Assembly (NCBI GenBank): GCA_016207165.1
Contig: JACQQD010000005.1
Coordinates: forward strand, 98,736 to 162,735
Length of the DNA stretch: 64,000 nt
Reading direction: 5' to 3'
Source: Candidatus Micrarchaeota archaeon
Lineage (GTDB): Archaea > Micrarchaeota > Micrarchaeia > Norongarragalinales > Norongarragalinaceae
In this document: positions 9,466-15,912 of the stretch, piece after piece
Position numbering within the stretch: the stretch's first letter is position 1
How the letters are laid out: each line of letters begins with the position of its first letter
Notes under the pieces: model-generated
What the model was told of the DNA's origin: nothing
What the model saw: only the letters and a program-made list of their open reading frames with translations
Databases searched by the model: none
Translations under genes and position numbers: made by a program

Positions 9466-9885
9466 ATGGCTCGACGCATCCGATCCCGAAAATTCCGGCA
9501 CCGCGGCAACCGCACCCACGGCGGCGGCAACACGAAGAACCGCCGCGGCAAAGGCAACAAAGGCGGCGTGGGCCGCGCCGGCTACCACAAGCACCGACGG
9601 CTCTACTTCATCAAGTTCGAGGGAAGCACCAAGCGCGACAAGGGACTTCACGGCTTTACCAACCCCGCCAAGAAAGTCTACGCCACCATTTCCCTGGACC
9701 AACTCCAGGACGCCATCGGGAAATTCCCCCAAAACGACCAAGGCGTCTACCAAGTCGTGATCCCCCAGACGAAAGTGCTTTCCGGCGGACAACTTTCCGC
9801 GAAAGCCCACGTCAAGGCCTACGGCTTCTCGGCGAAAGCCAAGGAAAAAATCGAGAAAGCCGGCGGCACGACGGCCACCTCCTGA
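9466..9885 (+). CDS. rpl15: 50S ribosomal protein uL15 (L15)
   Basis: 139 aa, MARRIRSRKFRHRGNRTHGGGNTKNRRGKG... Confidence 0.93.
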   Translation: MARRIRSRKFRHRGNRTHGGGNTKNRRGKGNKGGVGRAGYHKHRRLYFIKFEGSTKRDKGLHGFTNPAKKVYATISLDQLQDAIGKFPQNDQGVYQVVIPQTKVLSGGQLSAKAHVKAYGFSAKAKEKIEKAGGTTATS

Positions 9886-9945
9886 CTTTTTTCCCTTTGC
9901 GCCCCTCCGCCGGTTCCACAACCTTTTTATTAAAACCTTCGCTGA

Positions 9946-11400
9946 ATGGATAGGAAACTCATTATGGGATTACTGGATATTTTTCGCCCCATAGCCCGCG
10001 TTCTGCCGGAAGTCCAAAAACCGGACCGCGCCCCGCCCCTAAAAGACAAATTGCTTTGGACTCTGGCCGGGCTTTTGATCTTCTTTTTATTGGGCCAGAT
10101 TTTCCCGATTGGTTCTGACCCCAGCCAAATCCAGCAGACGTTCGCGCGGCTGGACATTTTGTTGGGTTCGTCCACGGGGTCGCTCATTACCGCCGGCATC
10201 GGCCCCATCGTCTTGGCCTCCATCTTCCTGCAGTTGGCCGTCGGCTCCAAGCTCTTGAACATCGACTTGTCGGTTCCCGAAAACAAGCAGTTCTTTCAAG
10301 GCCTGCAAAAGATTTTGGCCATTGCCCTGAGTTTCTTTGAAGCCGGCATCTTCGCGTTCTCCGGCTACATCCCCATTTCTTCCACGCATTTGTTCGGAAG
10401 CCTTTTCGCCACCCAGTTCATCGTCATGACGCAAATCGCGTTGGGCGCCATCCTCTTGATTTACTTGGACGAAGTCGTGCAAAAATACGGCATCGGCTCC
10501 GGCATTTCGCTTTTCATCGCCGCCGGCGTGTCGAAAGCCGTGTTCGTCGGCGCTTTCAGCTTCATCGCCTTGGGTGCCACCGGCGAGCCGGCGGGCCTGA
10601 TTCCCCGCTTTTTCTGGAACCTCATCAACCCCGCGGGCTCGGTGTCCACCGCGTTTTGGTCCTTGATTCCCGTCCTGTTTACCATCGTCATTTTCTTGAT
10701 CACCGTCTACGCGGAAGGCATGAAAATCGAACTGCCTTTAGCCTACGGCCGGGCCCGGGGTCTCGGAGCGCGTTACCCCATCAAGTTCTTGTACGTCTCC
10801 AACATCCCCGTGATCTTGGCTTCCGCCATTTTGTTGAACATCCAATTGTTGGGAGCGTTCACGGCCGCCCCCATTCCCGACCAGCCTGGACTCAAGGCAG
10901 GAATTTTTGGCACCTACCAAGGCAACCAGCCCGTCGACGGCTTCTCGTACTACATCAACGCCTTACCCAACCCCTTGTTGTTGGGCGGATACGAGCAGTA
11001 CCTCCAATTCATTTTGCAACCCCAGGAAATTCTACACGCCTTGACCTACGGCATTGCCTTGATTGTCTTGTGCGTGATTTTCGGGTGGTTTTGGATCGAG
11101 TCCACCGGAATGGGGCCCTCCGATGTCGCCAAGCAATTGGAGCGCTCCGGACTTCAAATCCCAGGCTTCCGGCAAGACCCCCGCATCACGCAAGGAATCC
11201 TCGAGCGCTACATCCCAATGATCACGATTTTGGGAAGCCTGTTCGTGGGCCTTCTGGCGTGGTTTGCCGACATTACCGGGGCGCTGGGCACCGGCACCGG
11301 AATTCTTCTCACCGTAGGCATCGTCTACCGCTTCTACGAGGATTTGGCCCGGCAACAACTCTTTGAAATGTATCCCGTGCTCAAAAGCATCGTCCAGTGA
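9946..11400 (+). CDS. secY: preprotein translocase subunit SecY (Sec61alpha)
   Basis: 484 aa, 10 predicted TM segments; follows rpl15 as in all archaea; start could be the downstream ATG 9964. Confidence 0.93.
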   Translation: MDRKLIMGLLDIFRPIARVLPEVQKPDRAPPLKDKLLWTLAGLLIFFLLGQIFPIGSDPSQIQQTFARLDILLGSSTGSLITAGIGPIVLASIFLQLAVGSKLLNIDLSVPENKQFFQGLQKILAIALSFFEAGIFAFSGYIPISSTHLFGSLFATQFIVMTQIALGAILLIYLDEVVQKYGIGSGISLFIAAGVSKAVFVGAFSFIALGATGEPAGLIPRFFWNLINPAGSVSTAFWSLIPVLFTIVIFLITVYAEGMKIELPLAYGRARGLGARYPIKFLYVSNIPVILASAILLNIQLLGAFTAAPIPDQPGLKAGIFGTYQGNQPVDGFSYYINALPNPLLLGGYEQYLQFILQPQEILHALTYGIALIVLCVIFGWFWIESTGMGPSDVAKQLERSGLQIPGFRQDPRITQGILERYIPMITILGSLFVGLLAWFADITGALGTGTGILLTVGIVYRFYEDLARQQLFEMYPVLKSIVQ

Positions 11401-11407
11401 TTCCGAA

Positions 11408-11911
11408 ATGGTTGAAGCCCTTCACGTGGTTTTGGTCCTCGCCGTGGCCTACTCCCTTTTTTCCCTCCTCCTCCAATTCACGTTGGGCAACCGCGTCCGC
11501 GTCAAGGGCATCCAAAAAGAAATGGCCGACCTCCAAAAAAAAATCCAGAAGGCCTCGGAATCCAAAGACGAAAAAGAAGTCAAGAAACTCCAGGAAACCC
11601 AGTCCCACATGACCGGCTTGATGTTCGAGTCCATGAAGTACCAATTCAAACCCCTGTTGGTCGTCTTGCCAGTGTTCATCGCATTGTTTGGAGGCTTCGG
11701 CTTCAACGGGTTCTTGATGGATTGGTACTCCGGCTTCCGAATCGTCCTGCCCTTTGACTTGCACTTGCCCGCGCTTTTCAGCTTCAACATCCTGACCGAC
11801 GGCGTCTACGGCGTGCGCGGCTTCTTCCTGGTCGGCGTCTTGTTCTCCGGCTTGCTCATCCAGCTCGTCTTGTCTCCACTCATCGAAAGGTTTTTCAACA
11901 AACAGCCGTAG
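11408..11911 (+). CDS. DUF106/EMC3/TMCO1-family membrane protein (archaeal YidC/Oxa1-like insertase)
   Basis: 3 TM segments plus coiled-coil (...MADLQKKIQKASESKDEKEVKKLQETQ...); conserved position after secY; upstream in-frame ATG 11363 overlaps secY, so 11408 preferred. Confidence 0.7.
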   Translation: MVEALHVVLVLAVAYSLFSLLLQFTLGNRVRVKGIQKEMADLQKKIQKASESKDEKEVKKLQETQSHMTGLMFESMKYQFKPLLVVLPVFIALFGGFGFNGFLMDWYSGFRIVLPFDLHLPALFSFNILTDGVYGVRGFFLVGVLFSGLLIQLVLSPLIERFFNKQP

Positions 11912-11935
11912 GAATTCTTGGAAAGGTGACTATTC

Positions 11936-12256
11936 ATGAAACGCTCCGTTTACCGACTCAAGAAACGCCAACGCAAGACGCCTTCCGGCAACCATTCCCA
12001 AATCCGGAAAAACAAGAAGCCCACTCCCGCCACCTGCGCTTTGTGCCGCCAGCGCCTCAACGCCGTCTTGAACCATTCCCGCGCCTTGATCAGAAAAACC
12101 GCGGCCACCGCCCGCCGTCCCCAACGCGTGTTCGGCGGCGTTCTGTGCGCCAACTGCACGCGCCACGTCGTCAAAACCAAAACCCGTCTAGCCCACGGCG
12201 CCGACGAGAAAGCCGTGCCGTTGACCCTGCTCAAATACGTCCGCATGCTCAAGTAG
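11936..12256 (+). CDS. rpl34e: 50S ribosomal protein eL34 (L34e), C4 zinc ribbon
   Basis: 106 aa, ...CALCRQ...CANC...; basic; position after DUF106. Confidence 0.8.
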   Translation: MKRSVYRLKKRQRKTPSGNHSQIRKNKKPTPATCALCRQRLNAVLNHSRALIRKTAATARRPQRVFGGVLCANCTRHVVKTKTRLAHGADEKAVPLTLLKYVRMLK

Positions 12257-12290
12257 GAATCTTTTAAACCCCGCATTCCTGTACTGGGTA

Positions 12291-12863
12291 ATGCGCATCG
12301 CCATTTCCAGCCTTTCCGGCTGCGGCAACTCCACGGTCTCCCGCATCGTGGCCAAAAAACTTGGACTTGAGTTCATCAACTACACGTTCCGCAACCTAGC
12401 CCGCGACACCAACGTCCTTTTTGAAACCATTCAATCCGAGTCCCTGAAAACCCCGAACTACGACTACGAGGTCGACCGCCGACAAATCGCCTTGATCCAA
12501 CAACATGACCACTGCGTGGTCGGAAGCCGCCTGGCGGTGTGGCTGGACGACGAAAAAATCCGCAAAAAAATCGCGGTCAAAGCCCCCGACTTCGACTTCA
12601 AAGTCTGGATTTACGCGCCATTAAAAGAAAGAGCGGCGCGCATCGCCCGCCGCGAGCACGCCCCCGTTCCCCAAGTGCTATCCGCCACGAAACTCCGCGA
12701 CGCGCAAAACGAGTTGCGGTACCGGAAATTGTATGGCATTGACGTGGAACGATTCCCCAAAGCCGTGGACCTCACCATCAACACGGAACGCTTTTCCGCC
12801 GAACAAGTCGCCGCTTTGATCATTTCCTCGGCAAGGAAAGTCAAATCCCTGAAATCCCGTTAG
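12291..12863 (+). CDS. cmk: cytidylate kinase (archaeal type)
   Basis: 190 aa; degenerate P-loop ISSLSGCGNST; lid ...RIARRE...; conserved rpl34e-cmk-rpl14e neighbourhood. Confidence 0.75.
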   Translation: MRIAISSLSGCGNSTVSRIVAKKLGLEFINYTFRNLARDTNVLFETIQSESLKTPNYDYEVDRRQIALIQQHDHCVVGSRLAVWLDDEKIRKKIAVKAPDFDFKVWIYAPLKERAARIARREHAPVPQVLSATKLRDAQNELRYRKLYGIDVERFPKAVDLTINTERFSAEQVAALIISSARKVKSLKSR

Positions 12864-12925
12864 ACCAAAGCCTTGAAAAACCCCTTTTCCCACCGTTTCA
12901 TTCCTCAATTTTAAGGTGATTACTC

Positions 12926-13093
12926 ATGGCTGCCATCGACATTGGACGCAAATGCGTCAAGCTCCGCGGACGGAAAACCGGCGAGACGGTGACGGTTTCA
13001 AAAAAAATCGACTCCAACTTCGTGGAAGTCACCGACTCGAAAGGAAAAACCAAGCGCTGCAACATCCGGCATTTGGAACCGTTGCCGGCGTGA
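12926..13093 (+). CDS. rpl14e: 50S ribosomal protein eL14 (L14e), minimal 55-aa KOW-only form (below the ORF-track length cutoff)
   Basis: MAAIDIGRKCVKLRGRKTGETVTVSKKIDSNFVEVTDSKGKTKRCNIRHLEPLPA resembles archaeal L14e (IEVGRICVKTRGREAGKKCVIV...NILHLEP); conserved position after cmk. Confidence 0.75.
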   Translation: MAAIDIGRKCVKLRGRKTGETVTVSKKIDSNFVEVTDSKGKTKRCNIRHLEPLPA

Positions 13094-13136
13094 GACGGAA
13101 ACTTGATTAATTCGTCCCGCTCTTTTACGGTGTGCC

Positions 13137-14135
13137 ATGAGCATCGCCCCGTTTGAACACCGTCGATTTCGCATCAACGGAATCAACGAAGAACGCTATC
13201 CCACGATCAAACGTGATTTAAACGGCATCATTTCCACGCCGGGCCGCGTCCGCACCGAGTTGGAAGAAAAGCTCACCAGCGAATACGTTTATCCCGCCAT
13301 TTTCAAGCCCATCCCTCACCCTCCAGACCTGGTAGGTTACCCGCGTCACGGCACAGACCGGCCCTTCCGAGCCATGCATTTTGCGGCGCTGGCCGATTTC
13401 ATGCGAGCGCTTCAACGAGAGCCTCCCACCGGAAAACTTGAAAAACCCGGGTCCTGGCTTTCCGGATTCCGCCAACAAGTCCTCGCCATGGTCGAGGAAT
13501 TGGCGGCGCTTTCCATGGATTTCCGCATCCGCCGGACGCCTCATGCCACCCTGGGCGCGTCGCTTGTTCAATCCCGCAACCTGGCCGAGACCGCCCACCA
13601 CAACCACGTGGCCCACGCCAACGTATGGGGCCGGTTGTGCCAAGGCATCACCCGTGTGACGCTTCGAGATGGGGAAGCCCAGCGCGAATCCATCGGCATC
13701 CACGCCTCGCAGATCGGATTGGTTCCCCTTACCGTGAGTCAAATCGCCCAGCACTACCTTGGCTTTGCCCTTCCCAAGACTCGTCTTTCCCGCGGTAACC
13801 GCGACGCGCGTTTCATTCCCGACGCGACTTCCTTTTCGTTCGGCAGGCAAGACGTCGCCCACTGGACGGGTTCTCACTTGTCTGCCGTGGAACTGGGGCA
13901 AAACAAGGAGAAGTTCGAGAAACTGGATGCCGACTTGAACGCCCACGTGGCGGCGCTGAAAGCTGCCGCTTCATTTGACTTGGGTGACCGCGTCCACCTC
14001 CATTACGGCTTGTACCTGGCCCAACAACTCACCGATGAAAAAAAGCGTGCGGAGTGTCTCCAAAGGCAAGTCCGTCGCGTACTTACCGTACTTTCCGAAA
14101 AATTGCCGGAGTCATATCGCAATCCCCGAAAGTAA
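13137..14135 (+). CDS. hypothetical protein (332 aa, no recognisable domain) inserted between rpl14e and cbf5
   Basis: long ORF with period-3 GC3 bias; no motif I can assign; an antisense ORF 13218..13946 also exists. Confidence 0.55.
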   Translation: MSIAPFEHRRFRINGINEERYPTIKRDLNGIISTPGRVRTELEEKLTSEYVYPAIFKPIPHPPDLVGYPRHGTDRPFRAMHFAALADFMRALQREPPTGKLEKPGSWLSGFRQQVLAMVEELAALSMDFRIRRTPHATLGASLVQSRNLAETAHHNHVAHANVWGRLCQGITRVTLRDGEAQRESIGIHASQIGLVPLTVSQIAQHYLGFALPKTRLSRGNRDARFIPDATSFSFGRQDVAHWTGSHLSAVELGQNKEKFEKLDADLNAHVAALKAAASFDLGDRVHLHYGLYLAQQLTDEKKRAECLQRQVRRVLTVLSEKLPESYRNPRK

Positions 14136-14185
14136 CCCGACGAAATAGTCGGGGTTTGCTATAACTGACGTAATTCTCTGTAAAT

Positions 14186-15214
14186 TTGGTTAAGCGTGAT
14201 GTCCGCCATTTTTTCCACGACTCGATTCTTCTTGGCCTTCATTTAAATCCTCGGAAGAAAATAATTCAACTCCGCGATGATTATATGATTACCCTTCACT
14301 CGGAAGAATCCACCTGGGGAAAGACCATGGATGAGAAGACCGTCGACGAAATCCTCCCCTATTCTTTGGTGGTCATCGACAAGCCCTGCGGCCCCTCCTC
14401 GCATGAAGTCTCCGCCTACGTGAAAAAGATTTTGGGCGTGACCAAGACCGGCCACTCCGGAACGCTTGATCCGGAAGTCTCCGGCGTCCTGCCGGTTTTG
14501 TTGGGCGAGGCGACGAAAGCCGCCGGTTTTTTGCTTCGCGAACGCAAGACGTACGTGGCCGTCATGAAACTCCGAGACCCGCAAACCGACGAACAGCTCG
14601 AAGACGCGTTCCAACGCTTCCGCGGCAAAATCTACCAGAAGCCCCCGAAAAAGTCGGCGGTCAAGCGGGAACTGCGCATCCGCGAGGTTTACTCGCTGAA
14701 ACTGCTTCAAAACGCCGGCCAATTCGTTGTTTTTGAATCCGAAGTCCAGGCTGGCACCTACATCCGAAAACTCTGCTACGATTTAGGCGAATACCTTGGG
14801 TGCGGAGGGTTGATGGCCGAACTCCGCCGCATCAATGCCGCCGGCTTTCCTGAAAACCAAGCCCACCCCCTCCAGCACTTGTCCGACGCCGTGTGGCTGT
14901 GGAAGGAGAAAGGCGACGACTCCGAAATCAAGAAAATCCTGGTGCCCATCGAAAACGCCATCCAACTCAAAAAAGTCGTGGTCTCCGATGGAGCCATCAA
15001 ACCCATTACTACCGGCGCCAACTTGGCCATTCCCGGCATTTTGTCTTTGGACGAAGGTATCCGGAAAGACGAACCCGTCCAAATTTTGTCCGGCAAAGGC
15101 GAACTGCTTTGCTTTGCCAAAGCCCTCAAGGACTCGGAAGAAATCCAATCCAAAAAGAAGGGCATCGCCTTTGACATCGAACGCGTGATTCGAGCGCACA
15201 ACGCGTACGGTTGA
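14186..15214 (+). CDS. cbf5: tRNA/rRNA pseudouridine synthase Cbf5 (TruB catalytic domain + PUA)
   Basis: ...LVVIDKPCGPSSHEVSAYVKKILGVTKTGHSGTLDPEVSGVLPVLL... (catalytic Asp motif GTLDP); N-terminus MVKRDVRH resembles Pyrococcus Cbf5 MARDEVRR; alternative starts 14285 and 14327. Confidence 0.88.
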   Translation: MVKRDVRHFFHDSILLGLHLNPRKKIIQLRDDYMITLHSEESTWGKTMDEKTVDEILPYSLVVIDKPCGPSSHEVSAYVKKILGVTKTGHSGTLDPEVSGVLPVLLGEATKAAGFLLRERKTYVAVMKLRDPQTDEQLEDAFQRFRGKIYQKPPKKSAVKRELRIREVYSLKLLQNAGQFVVFESEVQAGTYIRKLCYDLGEYLGCGGLMAELRRINAAGFPENQAHPLQHLSDAVWLWKEKGDDSEIKKILVPIENAIQLKKVVVSDGAIKPITTGANLAIPGILSLDEGIRKDEPVQILSGKGELLCFAKALKDSEEIQSKKKGIAFDIERVIRAHNAYG

Positions 15215-15273
15215 TTTTGAATCAACCGCGCGTTTTAATACCTCGGGCTCGACAACTGGTTTGAGGGTATGAA

Positions 15274-15492
15274 ATGGCTGAAATTACGCTCAACGACATG
15301 TACGCGGAACTAAAATGCCTGCACCAGGATGTGGAATACCTCAAGCGCCGCATGGACGAAAAAGAAGGAAAACCCGCCGACGATGAACCTCTTTCCGATT
15401 CGGAAGTCAAGCGCATGGAGGAGTTGATTGAGAAATCCATTAAGACCGGGCGCATCGTTTCCGAAGAAGAACTCTTTTCCTCCTTGAAGTGA
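15274..15492 (+). CDS. putative antitoxin (small acidic coiled-coil protein) of a type II TA pair
   Basis: 72 aa, 7-nt gap to downstream RelE/ParE-like ORF; possible RHH-like N-terminus MAEITLNDMYAELK. Confidence 0.5.
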   Translation: MAEITLNDMYAELKCLHQDVEYLKRRMDEKEGKPADDEPLSDSEVKRMEELIEKSIKTGRIVSEEELFSSLK

Positions 15493-15498
15493 ACTCCC

Positions 15499-15861
15499 GT
15501 GGAGTATTCGCTTTTCTCCACGGCCTTCTTCAAAACCCAGTTTGACTCTTTGCCCATCGACGAACGCCGGAAAATCCGCGACCGGCTTTTGCTGGCTAAA
15601 GCCAACCCGTTCCGCAACAAGGCCATCCACTCCAACCGCTTCAAGCGCTTGTTCCGAATCCGCTTGGACGTCCAAGGCGTTTCCATACGCTTGGTTTACG
15701 CGGTACTGGGCTCGAAAATCGTTGTGGCCGGCTTCATCCCCCGGGACAACGATTACCGGGATTTGGACTCGCTTCTCTCCAAAATGCAGCGGGAACTTGA
15801 AACCCAGACTGAGGCTGGCTTTTCTTTGGAGCCACCCGATTCAAAGCACGAAAAGGCCTAG
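15499..15861 (+). CDS. RelE/ParE-superfamily toxin (mRNA interferase-like)
   Basis: 120 aa; FFKTQFDSLPIDERRKIRDRLLLAKANPF...RFKRLFRIRLDVQGVSIRLVYAVLGSKIVVAGFIPRDNDY matches the RelE/ParE pattern (L..NP...k.l.g.l.g.yRiRvgdyRiiY). Confidence 0.7.
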   Translation: MEYSLFSTAFFKTQFDSLPIDERRKIRDRLLLAKANPFRNKAIHSNRFKRLFRIRLDVQGVSIRLVYAVLGSKIVVAGFIPRDNDYRDLDSLLSKMQRELETQTEAGFSLEPPDSKHEKA

Positions 15862-15882
15862 TACGCCCCCCGCGTAAAAGCG

Positions 15883-15889
15883 TTTAAAT
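15883..15889 (+). promoter_or_regulatory. TATA box (tttaaat) with purine-rich BRE-like aaaagcg upstream, ~24 nt before the ATG of the murein-hydrolase gene (leaderless)
   Basis: consensus archaeal TATA at canonical spacing. Confidence 0.45.
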
Positions 15890-15912
15890 CCCGATTCCGC
15901 CTCTTTTTGTTC

